Below are positions 19,717 to 30,500 of a stretch of 64,000 bases of DNA, one piece after another (within the stretch, counting starts at the first letter, position 1; each line of letters opens with the position of its first letter). The notes below the pieces were generated by a model that saw only the letters and a list, made by a program, of their open reading frames with translations, was not told where the DNA came from and made no database searches. Source of the DNA: an uncultured bacterium (lineage in GTDB: Bacteria; Oederibacteriota; PGYV01; Palsa-1178); assembly GCA_937889595.1 (NCBI GenBank), contig CALAOR010000076.1, positions 69,626 to 133,625 of the forward strand, read 5' to 3'. The position numbers were made by a program, and so were the translations under genes.

Positions 19717-21831
19717 ATGAAAAAACAAACCAGTCTTAACGGCAGGTGGGATTTCAGCCATGCAGGAAGCAAAACATCCATAAAGGTGCCTTCCAACTGG
19801 TATTTGCAGGGGCATGATATATCGGGCAACGCTGACTACAGCAGGGTCTTCACGTTAAAAAAACAATCAAATAAAAAGTATTTCATGGTATTTAAGGGGG
19901 TTGACTATTTCTGTGAAGTCATCCTGAACGGAAAATTCATAGGGCGGCACGAGGGGTATTTCCAGAAATTCAGGTTTGATGTGACCTCTGCCATAAAGAA
20001 CGGCAAAAACAGCATAAAAGTTTATGTTAATTCGCCCAAAGAAAGCGAAACTATATGGCCAAATGCCAAATACCTCATTAAAGGAATATTCAACCATCAT
20101 GACGCGCGTCCCGGGTCATGGAGCAAGAGCCGCGGCCAGGAAATGAACACGGGCGGCATATGGAACGACGTGTATGTGGAGTCTGTCGACACCGTGGAAA
20201 TAGAAAGGGTAAAGATAACGCCGCTCTTAAAAGACGACGGCGTGTGGAACGTGGGCGCGGAGCTTATTATTAATAATTACACGGAGAAGATAATAGAATC
20301 AAAATTGAGCGGCGTAATCGAGCCTTACAATTTCAAGGGCAAGGCAAAAAATATTGAAAGAAACACAACCCTTTATCCCGGAAAAAATACTGTCAGGCTC
20401 TATACCGACATGCAAAACCCCGCTTTATGGTGGACCTGGGATTTTGGCAAGCCAAATCTTTATGAATTTACATATACTGTGAAAACAGGCGCGGCAAAGG
20501 ACACGTATACGGACATAAGCGGTATCAGGGAATTCAAACGCGCGGAAGACAGGGCTTGGTATTTAAATGGCAAGAAACTCTTCATAAGGGGCACGAACAT
20601 GATCCCCACGCAGATGCTTTCTGAATACACCCGGGAAAAGGCAAGAAAAGACATAAGCATGCTGGTTGGCGCGAATCTTAATATGGTCAGGATACACGCG
20701 CATGTCAACCGCAAGGAACTGTATTACGAGGCAGACAGGGCCGGGATCATGGTATGGCAGGATTTTGCGCTGCAGTGGGGATATGAAACCACGGATACAT
20801 TCATGGAAAATGCCGTGTCACAGATAAAGGACATGATAAACCATCACTATAACAGGCCGTCAATTACCTTTTGGTGCTGCCATAACGAGCCGTTTGTCAG
20901 CGAAAAACAGCTGGATCCGGTCTTATACATCAAGGCAAGGGAGGAGGATCCGGCGCGTTATATAGAAAAAGCGTCTGATTTTACCCAGCACTATTATCCG
21001 GGATGGTATTATGAAAATTCCCCGGAGAATTTTTATCTGGATACGGTCAACGCCGAAAAGCGATTCATCATTTCCGAGTACGGAGCGGAAGCGCTTCCAT
21101 GCAGGGAAACCATGGAAAAGATGATGAAGCCGGCCGACCTGTGGCCGCCGAACTGGAAAGAGTGGGAATATCATGATTTCCAGCCGGAACAGACATTTAA
21201 TACGGCCAGGATTAAAATGGGGGAATCACTTGATGAATTCATAGAAAATTCCCAGCAGTACCAGGCTCACATAATCAAGGCGCATACGGAAACATACAGG
21301 CTTGCCAGGTATAAAATTTTAAACGGCATACTGCATTTTATGTTCTGCGAATGCTGGCCTTCGATCACCTGGGCGGTAGTTGACTATTACAGGATACCTA
21401 AAAAAGGCTATTACGCGCTTAAGACAGCCATGCAGCCCGTATATCCCGGTTACCGCCTTGTAAGAAGCACCAAGTCAAAAGGCGAGCGTTTAAGCTGGGG
21501 GATTTTATGGGATCCGTTCTTTATAATAAATGACCTGCCGCGGGATTTAAATAACCTCAAAGCGGAGATAACCCTCACAGACGCCGCGGGAGTAATATAT
21601 AAGAAAGAATCAAGGAAGATAGTTGAAATAAAAGCCGATTCAATAACATATCCTTTTTCGGGACAGCAGCTTGAGGCATTTGAAAAAGACCCGTTTGAGA
21701 TACCTGAATCAGCGGCAACAGGCTGGGGAAAGGTAGAGCTTAAACTCCATGATTCCAAAGGCAGGTTGATGGCGGAGAATGATTATAAACTCGAGATAAC
21801 GGAACGGTTAAGCAGGCCGTTTGGGGAGTAG
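19717..21831 (+). CDS. glycoside hydrolase family 2-like (beta-mannosidase / beta-galactosidase / exo-glucosaminidase clan)
   Basis: An N-terminal sugar-binding domain (FKGVDYFCEVILNGKFIGRHEGYFQKFRFDVT) and a TIM-barrel with NMVRIHAHVN and WCCHNEP acid/base motifs. Confidence 0.65.
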   Translation: MKKQTSLNGRWDFSHAGSKTSIKVPSNWYLQGHDISGNADYSRVFTLKKQSNKKYFMVFKGVDYFCEVILNGKFIGRHEGYFQKFRFDVTSAIKNGKNSIKVYVNSPKESETIWPNAKYLIKGIFNHHDARPGSWSKSRGQEMNTGGIWNDVYVESVDTVEIERVKITPLLKDDGVWNVGAELIINNYTEKIIESKLSGVIEPYNFKGKAKNIERNTTLYPGKNTVRLYTDMQNPALWWTWDFGKPNLYEFTYTVKTGAAKDTYTDISGIREFKRAEDRAWYLNGKKLFIRGTNMIPTQMLSEYTREKARKDISMLVGANLNMVRIHAHVNRKELYYEADRAGIMVWQDFALQWGYETTDTFMENAVSQIKDMINHHYNRPSITFWCCHNEPFVSEKQLDPVLYIKAREEDPARYIEKASDFTQHYYPGWYYENSPENFYLDTVNAEKRFIISEYGAEALPCRETMEKMMKPADLWPPNWKEWEYHDFQPEQTFNTARIKMGESLDEFIENSQQYQAHIIKAHTETYRLARYKILNGILHFMFCECWPSITWAVVDYYRIPKKGYYALKTAMQPVYPGYRLVRSTKSKGERLSWGILWDPFFIINDLPRDLNNLKAEITLTDAAGVIYKKESRKIVEIKADSITYPFSGQQLEAFEKDPFEIPESAATGWGKVELKLHDSKGRLMAENDYKLEITERLSRPFGE

Positions 21832-21833
21832 CA

Positions 21834-21889
21834 GAAGTTCGGAATTCGGAATTCGGAATTCGGAGTTCGGAATTCGGAATTCGGAGTTG
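21834..21889. repeat. heptanucleotide tandem array (GGARTTC) of 8 units, self-complementary via GAATTC
   Basis: Begins 3 nt after the GH2 stop codon. Read directly from the sequence. Confidence 0.85.
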
Positions 21890-21930
21890 ACGGCCTAAAT
21901 AAGCAATAGAAATAATTATCGGAGGGCAAC

Positions 21931-23163
21931 ATGAAACCAAGTGCAACACCTGTGCCTGAAGAGACAAAGCGCGCGTTTCAGCTGATTATATTTTTCGGCT
22001 TTATCAGCCTTTTTGGCGATATTGTTTATGAAGGCGCAAGGGCGGTAAACGGTCCATATTTAAAGACGCTTGCCGTTAACGCGGCTATGGTCGGGTTAAT
22101 CGCCGGGTTTGGCGAATTTGCGGGTTATGCTTTGAGGCTTTTATCAGGTTACTATGCGGACAAAACAAAGGCATATTGGGTGTTTACCTTTGTCGGTTAC
22201 GGATTAATTATTGCCATACCTCTTTTATCCCTGACCGGCATATGGCAGATGGCCGCGGTTTTTATGGTTTTAGAAAGGATTGGCAAGGGCATCAGGGCGC
22301 CTGCCAAAGACTCCATAGTTTCAAGCGCGGCGAAACGGGTGGGGACCGGAAAGGGCTTTGCCATACAGGAAGTCATGGACCAGTTCGGGGCCCTGCTCGG
22401 GCCTTTAATATTTGCTGGTTACTTTGCGGTTACAGGCTCAGGCGTGAAAACATCTGTTGATTACAGGCATGCTTACGGGTTGTTCTGGATACCGTTTTTG
22501 CTCGTAATGATCTTCGCGGTTATTGCATATGTCAAAGTTCCCGACCCTTCCAAACTTGAACCGCCCCCAAAGGCCACCGACCCCGACAAAATAACGAAAT
22601 TATTCTGGATATATACGGTATTTTCTTTCACGACGGTTTTTGGTTTCATGAATTTTGCCGTTATAGGTTATCATTTTAAGGCCCAGAATGTCATAAGCGA
22701 CGTCTGGATACCCATTTATTACGCGATAGCCATGGGTGTTGACGGCGTTGCGGCATATGTCATGGGGACATGGTATGACAGGCTGAAGATAAAACTCAAC
22801 CATCACGGCGGCGGTCTTGCCGCGCTTATAGTGCTGCCCATACTCTCCGCATTTATACCGTTCTTTGCTTTTACAAAAAGTCCTGTCCTGGCTTTAGTAT
22901 CAGCCGTGCTTTGGGGCATAGTCATGGGCGGCCATGAAACCATAATGAAAGCGGCCATTGCGGATATAACGCCCCTGAAAAAGAGGGGGACAGGCTACGG
23001 CATATTTAACTTTTCTTACGGATTAGCCATGCTGGCCGGAGCGTACTTAACCGGACTGCTGTATGACATATCAATACCTGTTTTATGCTGGTCGGCAGTG
23101 GCTGTGCAGGCCATAGCTATTACGGTTTTTTTCATACTTAAGAAAGAAATACAGACAACATAA
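21931..23163 (+). CDS. MFS transporter (12 TM)
   Basis: Hydropathy profile and an MFS fold signature (GKGIRAPAKDS loop). Confidence 0.7.
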   Translation: MKPSATPVPEETKRAFQLIIFFGFISLFGDIVYEGARAVNGPYLKTLAVNAAMVGLIAGFGEFAGYALRLLSGYYADKTKAYWVFTFVGYGLIIAIPLLSLTGIWQMAAVFMVLERIGKGIRAPAKDSIVSSAAKRVGTGKGFAIQEVMDQFGALLGPLIFAGYFAVTGSGVKTSVDYRHAYGLFWIPFLLVMIFAVIAYVKVPDPSKLEPPPKATDPDKITKLFWIYTVFSFTTVFGFMNFAVIGYHFKAQNVISDVWIPIYYAIAMGVDGVAAYVMGTWYDRLKIKLNHHGGGLAALIVLPILSAFIPFFAFTKSPVLALVSAVLWGIVMGGHETIMKAAIADITPLKKRGTGYGIFNFSYGLAMLAGAYLTGLLYDISIPVLCWSAVAVQAIAITVFFILKKEIQTT

Positions 23164-23166
23164 GCC

Positions 23167-24432
23167 ATGACAACCCTACAAATGCAAAAAGCCATGAGGT
23201 CCGTGCTTGATGGAAGTACGTATGTCCTTGTCGGGAAGATCGGAGTTTTTGCTGACAAACAGGGTATTAAAGCCTGTATTGTCGGAGGCATGGTAAGGGA
23301 TATATTCCTGAAAAGAAAGACTGTTGATATAGATGTGGTTGTCCTGGGGGACGGAATGAAATTTGCGCGGCTTTTGGCTGACGAACTTCACGGCGCGTAT
23401 AAGGGATTTGAAAAGTTCAAAACCGCGAAAATATTCCTCAAAAACGGCCGTATAGACATATCCAGCGCCAGGTCGGAAACCTATGAAAAACCTGCGGCGC
23501 TTCCAAATGTTGTTTTAAGCGGGATTAACGAAGATTTATTCCGCAGGGATTTCACGATAAATTCCATGGCAGTATCAATCAATAGGGAGGATTTTGGCGA
23601 ACTTTTTGACCCGTTTGGCGGCGTGTCCGACCTGAAAAAGAAAATCCTGAAAACAATGCATGATAAGAGCTTTATTGACGACCCGACAAGGATACTAAGG
23701 GCGGTGAGGTTTGAAACAAGGCTTGGTTTTAAGATGGAAAAAAGAACGCTTAAGCTTATCCATGAAACTTTAAAACGCAATATATTTGACAATTTGTCCG
23801 GGGAGAGGATAAGGGAAGAATTGTTCATTATGTTTGGCGAGCCGTCTCCTTTAAAGGCAATGCTGCGGCTGGACAGCCTCGGCGTTCTAAAGAAACTCAG
23901 CCACGGCATCCGCATCGACGCGACGGCAATTCGTATGTTTAAAAATATCAGCGCGTCGCGCAGTATGATAGCCGGCTATGGGGCGGACGCAGCCTTGATA
24001 AACCTGATGGCGCTTCTTGGCGGCATAACATCGGGGGCGGCCGGCACCGTGGCGGCAAAGCTTAAGCTTAGTAATGAACAAAATACGGCAATAAAGCAGG
24101 CAAAAGAACTTCGGATGTTATCGGAGAAAGGCCTGGCTAAAACAGGCAAAAGCAGGAGCGATACATATTTTTTGTTTAAGGATCACGCAACAGAAGCGCT
24201 GTTATATCTGATGCTGATGCAGAAAGACAGGAAACAAGCGGCAAGGATCAGGCATTTTCTTGACAAATTGAAACACGTTAAGATTGAAATCAGCGGCAAA
24301 GATCTTAAAGAAATGGGAATTAAGGAAGGCCCGGAATATACGAGGATACTGTCAGCTGTGATGAAGGCAAAGCTGGACGGGAAGGCCAATACGAGGGAAG
24401 AACAGTTGAAATTGGTTAAAAGTTATTTTTGA
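23167..24432 (+). CDS. cca: tRNA nucleotidyltransferase / poly(A) polymerase family protein (CCA-adding enzyme-like)
   Basis: The head domain contains GGMVRDIFLKRKTVDIDVVV. Confidence 0.75.
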   Translation: MTTLQMQKAMRSVLDGSTYVLVGKIGVFADKQGIKACIVGGMVRDIFLKRKTVDIDVVVLGDGMKFARLLADELHGAYKGFEKFKTAKIFLKNGRIDISSARSETYEKPAALPNVVLSGINEDLFRRDFTINSMAVSINREDFGELFDPFGGVSDLKKKILKTMHDKSFIDDPTRILRAVRFETRLGFKMEKRTLKLIHETLKRNIFDNLSGERIREELFIMFGEPSPLKAMLRLDSLGVLKKLSHGIRIDATAIRMFKNISASRSMIAGYGADAALINLMALLGGITSGAAGTVAAKLKLSNEQNTAIKQAKELRMLSEKGLAKTGKSRSDTYFLFKDHATEALLYLMLMQKDRKQAARIRHFLDKLKHVKIEISGKDLKEMGIKEGPEYTRILSAVMKAKLDGKANTREEQLKLVKSYF

Positions 24433-24700
24433 TTTTGTAGAGAGGCTGCTTGCTGCCTCTCTGACGCAGGCCTTAAAATCGCAGGATCCGTTGTAAATGC
24501 CTGTGATGAGCGGCAGCAAGCAGCCGCTCTATAGCGTCGTTTTTTTGATTTTGTAAAGGGGATTGTTCCTAGCCCCTAAGGGGCAACAAACAGACACCAA
24601 AAGGTGTCGTTTTTTTGATTTTGTGTATGGTATTGCTCCTATCAAATGAAGGCCATACAAACCCAATAAATGATGGGTTATTATTTAAAAGGAGGGCATT
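24431..24700 (+). repeat. three tandem modules, each TTTTTTTGATTTTGT followed by a strong hairpin; module 2 ends in a canonical terminator (24593-24616)
   Basis: The GATTTTGT motif occurs at 24431, 24547 and 24617. Hairpins are at 24439-24462 and 24508-24529, and their loops are mutually complementary. Confidence 0.7.
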
Positions 24701-24705
24701 AAACA

Positions 24706-25199
24706 TGGATTTATTCGAAGCCATACACGGACGCCGCAGCGTCAGGAAGTACAAAAAAGAACCCATATCAAAAGAGACCCTTGAAAAAATCGCGGAAGCC
24801 GGCAAATGGGCCGCGAGCGCGCGTGCTGAATATCCGTGGAGGTTTGTTGTAATAACGGAACCAGAACGCCTGAAATCACTTGCTGCAATAGCGGGAACCC
24901 ACGGAAAATTCCTGGCGGATGCGGGCGCGGCAATTGTAGTGGCCTCTAAGGACGCTAAATATTATATAGAAGACGGGGCCGCGGCAACGCAGAATATGCT
25001 TCTGGCCGCTTATGCGCTGGGGGTAGGAACCTGCTGGGTTGCCGGGGATAAAAAAGATTATTGCCCGCAGGTGCTGGAATTTGTCAGGGCGCCGGCAGGA
25101 TACAGGCTTGTGAGCATAATATCATGCGGAATTCCCGGTGAAAAACCGGTTAAAATCAAGCCTGAAAACAGGGATGTTATAATTTGGGACACTTTTTAA
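24706..25199 (+). CDS. nitroreductase family protein
   Basis: RRSVRKY...ISKE...NAQPWRF-like motifs. The ATG follows AAAAGGAGGG; the ORF track gives a longer ORF starting at 24615. Confidence 0.8.
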
Positions 25200-25306
25200 A
25201 TCATTCGGGGCAAACAAGACCATGTAAAACAGCATTGATTTTGTTGACAATTAACACCGCGTGGAGTATATTGTAAGCATTCAATGAAAAAATACAAGGA
25301 GTTAAA

Positions 25307-26230
25307 ATGAAACAAATAACGCTGTTTTCAACCGCAGCCATGCTTATTTTGCTGCTTATTTCTTCGGGTTGTTCCAAAACAAAAAACCCGATCGAACCTG
25401 CGGCTGCCGTCATAACTGGGGTGACCGGAAAGATAGCTTTTGCAAGTTACCGCGACGGCAACTGGGAAGTTTATGTGATGAATGCCGACGGCAGCGGCCA
25501 GACAGACCTGACAAATAACCCGGCAAAGGAGGGTGGGGTTAGCTCATGGTCTCCGGATGGGAAAAAGCTGGTGTTTTCAAGCAACCGCGACAATAACGAT
25601 GAAATATATGTGATGAACTCTGACGGGAGCGGCCAGACAAACCTGACAAATAATTCCAATTCCGATGTGATTCCCGCATGGTCGCCGATTGGCGGGAAAA
25701 TAGCATTTGAAAGCCAGCGTGACGGAAATGGTTATTATGAGATATACTCAATGAATGAAGATGGGACCGATCCGACAAGACTGACTAATAATATCGCGAC
25801 AGATGAAAATCCTGCGTGGTCGCCAAACGGGAATACAATTGCTTTTGACAGCGACCGTGACGTTGCCGGTATTGAACAGATATACGTAATGAATGGCGAC
25901 GGAACCAGCCCGGTAAGGCTGACCAATGATTCTTCAAGGGATCAGTACCCCGTATGGTCACCGGATGGAACTAAAATAGCTTTCATGAGCGCCCGCACCG
26001 GGAATTTTGAGATATATGTGATGAATTCGGATGGAAGCGGCCAGACAAACCTGACAAACAGCAGCGCTATGGACGGCTTTCCAACATGGTCCCCCGACGG
26101 GCTAAAGCTGGCTTACGCAAGCAACCGCGACGGGAACATGGAAATATATATGATGAATGCGGATGGCAGCAACCAGGTAAGGCTGACATACAACACTGAG
26201 GATGATACATATCCATCGTGGCATAAGTAA
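25307..26230 (+). CDS. TolB-like beta-propeller lipoprotein (7 PD40/WD40-like repeats)
   Basis: Lipobox LISSGC. Repeats read (Y/V)MN(A/S)DGSGQTNLTNN...WSPDG; the DNA carries matching internal repeats. Confidence 0.75.
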   Translation: MKQITLFSTAAMLILLLISSGCSKTKNPIEPAAAVITGVTGKIAFASYRDGNWEVYVMNADGSGQTDLTNNPAKEGGVSSWSPDGKKLVFSSNRDNNDEIYVMNSDGSGQTNLTNNSNSDVIPAWSPIGGKIAFESQRDGNGYYEIYSMNEDGTDPTRLTNNIATDENPAWSPNGNTIAFDSDRDVAGIEQIYVMNGDGTSPVRLTNDSSRDQYPVWSPDGTKIAFMSARTGNFEIYVMNSDGSGQTNLTNSSAMDGFPTWSPDGLKLAYASNRDGNMEIYMMNADGSNQVRLTYNTEDDTYPSWHK

Positions 26231-26373
26231 GAAAGATAAAACAGCCATTCATTATTGGATTATATAACGCTTGACAAAAAAGCCTAATTATTATATTCTT
26301 TTATATCCTTTTGCCTGTAAAGGGCAATAGGAATTTTGTTTTTTCAATAGTTCACAGGAGGATTTTGAGAATT

Positions 26374-26820
26374 ATGAAGACATTTATGGCAAGACCGCAG
26401 GATCAGGTCAGGAAATGGTATATTGTTGACGCAACCAACGAAGTGCTTGGAAGGCTCTCGACAAGGATAGCCGATACATTAAGAGGAAAAAAGAAAGTTA
26501 CTTTTACGCCGCATGTTGATACGGGTGATTTTGTCATCGTCATTAACGCCGAAAAAGTAAGGCTTACCGGCAAGAAAACCGATAAAAAAGTATACCAGTC
26601 GCACAGTCTGTATCCGGGAGGATTCAAGGAAGTGGAATACATGCACCTTCTTAACACTCATCCGGAAAAAATCATCAAAGCAGCCGTGCGCGGAATGCTT
26701 CCGAAAACAAAACTCGGGGATCAGGTATTCAAAAAACTCAGGGTATATAAAGGCGCGACACACCCGCATACATCCGTGGTACTTGAACCATTAAAGGCAA
26801 TTTTCCAAGGAGGAAAGTAA
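26374..26820 (+). CDS. rplM: 50S ribosomal protein L13
   Basis: [30 protein letters not shown] matches E. coli L13. An AGGAGG ribosome-binding site precedes the start. Confidence 0.95.
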   Translation: MKTFMARPQDQVRKWYIVDATNEVLGRLSTRIADTLRGKKKVTFTPHVDTGDFVIVINAEKVRLTGKKTDKKVYQSHSLYPGGFKEVEYMHLLNTHPEKIIKAAVRGMLPKTKLGDQVFKKLRVYKGATHPHTSVVLEPLKAIFQGGK

Positions 26821-26821
26821 A

Positions 26822-27208
26822 TTGAGCACAAGTTACGGTACAGGCAGGAGAAAAAACGCCATAGCTAAAGTATGGGTAAAAACAGGGACCGGCACAATAA
26901 CAGTGAACAATAAGGATGTTAAGGAATATTTCCCGAGAGGCACGCACGTGGATCACCTGGTAGCGCCTCTTGAAGCCGTGGGCGTTATAGGCAAGTATGA
27001 CGTGAAAGTGACAACCATGGGAGGCGGAAAGACAGGACAGGCGGGCGCCATCAGGATGGGAATCTCCCGTGCTCTTGGCAAACTCGACGAAGTTATGAAA
27101 GCAACCCTGGCAAAGGGCGGATTCATGACAAGGGACGACAGAATGGTCGAAAGAAAGAAATACGGAAGGGCAAAAGCAAGAAGAAGCTTCCAGTTCTCAA
27201 AAAGATAA
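26822..27208 (+). CDS. rpsI: 30S ribosomal protein S9
   Basis: The C-terminus ...KYGRAKARRSFQFSKR is the S9 signature. The start is a TTG after GGAGGAAAG. Confidence 0.95.
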   Translation: MSTSYGTGRRKNAIAKVWVKTGTGTITVNNKDVKEYFPRGTHVDHLVAPLEAVGVIGKYDVKVTTMGGGKTGQAGAIRMGISRALGKLDEVMKATLAKGGFMTRDDRMVERKKYGRAKARRSFQFSKR

Positions 27209-27228
27209 TTTACAACAAAGACATATAC

Positions 27229-27262
27229 GCAAAGGCCGGGTTATCCCGGCCTTTGTTGTTTA
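27229..27262 (+). terminator. rho-independent terminator of the rplM-rpsI operon
   Basis: aaaggccggg-ttat-cccggccttt followed by a T-rich run. Confidence 0.8.
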
Positions 27263-27360
27263 AAGCAAAATATACAGAGCGTGGAAAGTTTGGGAGCAGA
27301 AGGCCGGGAATTAATAACAACAAGAGTGCGCTCGGGGCGTCAGCTGCCTGAATAAACCCC

Positions 27361-27536
27361 AAATGATACTGTCGGAAAGCCCGCAAGAGGCGGGCAGCAT
27401 GATATGCTGCCCCTACAAGTGCAGGCAGATATTTGTAGGGGCCGAATACGAAGTCCGGCAACACACAAAGTGTGTTGACAGGATTATTCGGCCCACAACG
27501 ATGGTTTTTATGGGTTTTCAGACAGTATCCAAATAC
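27361..27536. repeat. TIR-bounded repeat element, copy B (internal segment inverted relative to copy A)
   Basis: Left end aaatgatactgtcggaaagccc and right end gggttttcagacagtatcc. A 65-bp stretch is 100% identical to the reverse complement of copy A. Internal hairpins are GGGCAGCAT-gat-ATGCTGCCC and GGCCGAATA...TATTCGGCC. Confidence 0.8.
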
Positions 27537-27562
27537 AGGTCCAAAATGGATCGGAGACACAA

Positions 27563-30500
27563 GTGGCTAAACGGAAAAAACAGGTTCTTCCTTACCTTAA
27601 TACATCCCTTTCTTTCGAGGAACGGGTCAATGACCTTGTCTCCAGGATGACCCTGGAGGAAAAAACATCCCAGATGCTTCACTCGTCACCCGGAATAAAA
27701 CGCCTGGGTATACCAAAATATGACTGGTGGAACGAGTGCCTGCACGGTGTTGCCCGCGCGGGCATAGCTACCGTATTCCCGCAGGCTATAGGGCTTGCCG
27801 CCACTTTTAATGATGAACTTATAAATAAAGCGGCATGCGCAATATCAGACGAAGGCCGCGCAAAATACCATAAAGCCATAAATGAAGGTTTCAGGGAAAG
27901 ATATTTCGGGATAAATTTCTGGTCCCCGAACATTAATATATTCCGCGATCCACGCTGGGGCAGGGGCCAGGAAACTTACGGCGAGGACCCGTATCTTACG
28001 TCCCGCATGGGAGCCGCGTTCGTAAAAGGGATACAGGGTGATGACCCAAAATATATGAAAGCCGCGGCATGCGCCAAGCACTTTGCCGTGCACAGCGGGC
28101 CCGAAAATTTGAGGCATACGTTTGACGCGGTCGTGTCTGAAAAAGACCTGCGCGAGACTTACTTGCCCGCTTTTAAAGCCCTCGTAAGGCAGGCAAAAGT
28201 GGAATCTGTAATGGGCGCTTATAACAGGACCTTAGGGGAGCCTTGCTGCGCGAGCAAGAGACTTTTGACCGACATACTGCGCAATGAATGGGGTTTTTCC
28301 GGGCACGTGGTTTCCGACTGTCACGCTATTCACGATATATATTTAAACCACAAATATACAAAAACATCGGCTGAGGCTGCGGCATTATCGGTTAAAAACG
28401 GGTGCGATTTAAACTGCTGCGCAGGCGGGGACCAATGCGCGGAATCGGGCAAGGGGCTTCAAAAGGCCCTTGAATACGGGATACTCGGGCAGTCTTATAT
28501 AGACAGGTCGATCAAACGGCTATTATTGACGCGCTTTAAGCTCGGCATGTTCGACCCTGACAAGGATGTAAAGTATTCAAAAACACCTTACAGCGTGGTT
28601 GATTCGTTAAAACACAGGCAGCTCGCGCTTGAAACAGCCAGGCAGTCGCTGGTGCTTTTAAAGAACGACGGCATCCTGCCATTGAAAAAAATAAGATCAA
28701 TCGGCGTTACGGGTCCGAATGCCGACGACATAGAAGCCCTGCTCGGAAATTATAACGGGTCCCCGTCAAAATGGGTCACCCCGCTTGAGGGTATAAGGAA
28801 AATAGCCGGCAAAAAGGTGAAAGTAACTTATTTGAAGGGATGCAATATAAAGGATAAATACACGGACCATCTGAATGCATTAAAGGAAACTTTCAAAGAT
28901 GTTGATGTTATCACGGCGTTCCTCGGATTAAATCCGCTGATAGAAGGCGAAGAAGGCGCAGGGGACGGGGACAGGACCGACATATCGCTGCTGCCGGCGC
29001 AGGCTAAAGTGCTTGAAGTATTATGTTCAATCGGCAAGCCGGTCATTGTGGTGCTGTTAAACGGCGGCGCCATATCTTTAGATGCAAGCCAAAAGAATAT
29101 AAAAGCGGTGATTGAAGCATGGTATCCCGGCGAAGAAGGCGGGACAGCCATTGCCGAGGTCCTTTTCGGCAAATACAACCCGGCAGGCCGGCTGCCTGTT
29201 ACTTTTTACCGGTCCATTCAGGACCTTCCTGATTTCCGTGACTACAGGATGGAGAACAGGACGTACAAATATTTCAAGGGCGAACCGCTTTTTCCTTTCG
29301 GGTTTGGCCTGTCGTACACGAAGTTCAAATACTCTAAATTAAAACTTCAGAAAACCCTGGCGCCGGGAGAACCGTTAAAACTATCCGTGGAAGTCAAAAA
29401 TACGGGTTCAATGGACGGGGATGAGGTAGTGCAGGTCTATATAAAAGCTCCGGCAGCGGCTGAAGGCGCGCCTTTAAGATCATTGTGCGGGATGAAGCGG
29501 GTGAACCTCAAAAAGAAAACAAAAAAGAAACTGGAGTTCATCATCCATCCGGAACAGATAGGCGCGTACGCCGCAGACGGTTCATTCAGACAAATATCAG
29601 GCGTATACCGGATATTTGCCGGAGGCGTGCAGCCCGGCTATGAAAAAATGGCAGTTACAACAGGGATTGTAAAAGCAAGCGTAACCCTTGTTAATGCAAA
29701 GGACACAGCCGGGAAAACGGCAGCCGCGAAATATGAAGGGTTTAAAGTCGGCGGAAGGCACATATATGATCCAAACAACGAAAAATTCATAATTCGCGGG
29801 GTAAATAAGATGATAGTGTGGCTTGATCCGGACGGCATCCCGTCATTTTCGGAAATAGCGAAAACCGGAGCCAACTGCGTGCGCATAGTTTGGAGCGTCA
29901 AAGACGGCACTATGGAAGGGCTCGATACGGCCATACAAAACTGCATTAAGGAAAAGTTGGTGCCCGTAATAGAGTTGCACGACCACACGGGCAGCTGGGG
30001 CGACACGGTATTTGAAATGTCCAACAATTATTGGACCGACCCTAAAATGACGGGGATAATCAAAAAATATGAAAGATACCTGATAGTAAATTACGGCAAT
30101 GAATTGGGGGATAACACCGTAACAAATGAGCAGTTCAGGCTGCGATACAGCGATGCCGTGAATAAGATGAGAAAAGCGGGCATAAGGGTACCTATAATGA
30201 TAGACGCCGCAGCCTGGGGCACGGGAATGAATTACATAACGGATAACTGGGAATATTTGCGGAAACACGACCCGATGAATAACCTCATTTTCAGCATACA
30301 CATGTGGTGGAACGACGGCGATTCAAGGCGTGTTAAAGACGCCATAGAGAACGCCAAAACAGCGGGAATACCTCTTGTAGTCGGGGAGTTTGCGGTGGCA
30401 GGCATGGAAAACAAGGGCCTGATATGTTATGAAACCATAATATCCGAATGCCATAAAACAGAAATTGGCTGGCTTGCATGGGAATGGGGCCCGGGAAATC

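Noticed and set aside
21834-21889. Possible CRISPR array suggested by short direct repeats
   Set aside because: The repeat unit is only 7 nt, there are no spacers, and no cas genes are present. It is a simple tandem repeat.
24615-24705. Long N-terminal extension of the nitroreductase ORF (MILCMVLLLSNEGH...)
   Set aside because: The extension runs through the hairpin/T-run repeat region. A strong ribosome-binding site (AAAAGGAGGG) precedes the internal ATG at 24706, where the family-typical N-terminus begins.
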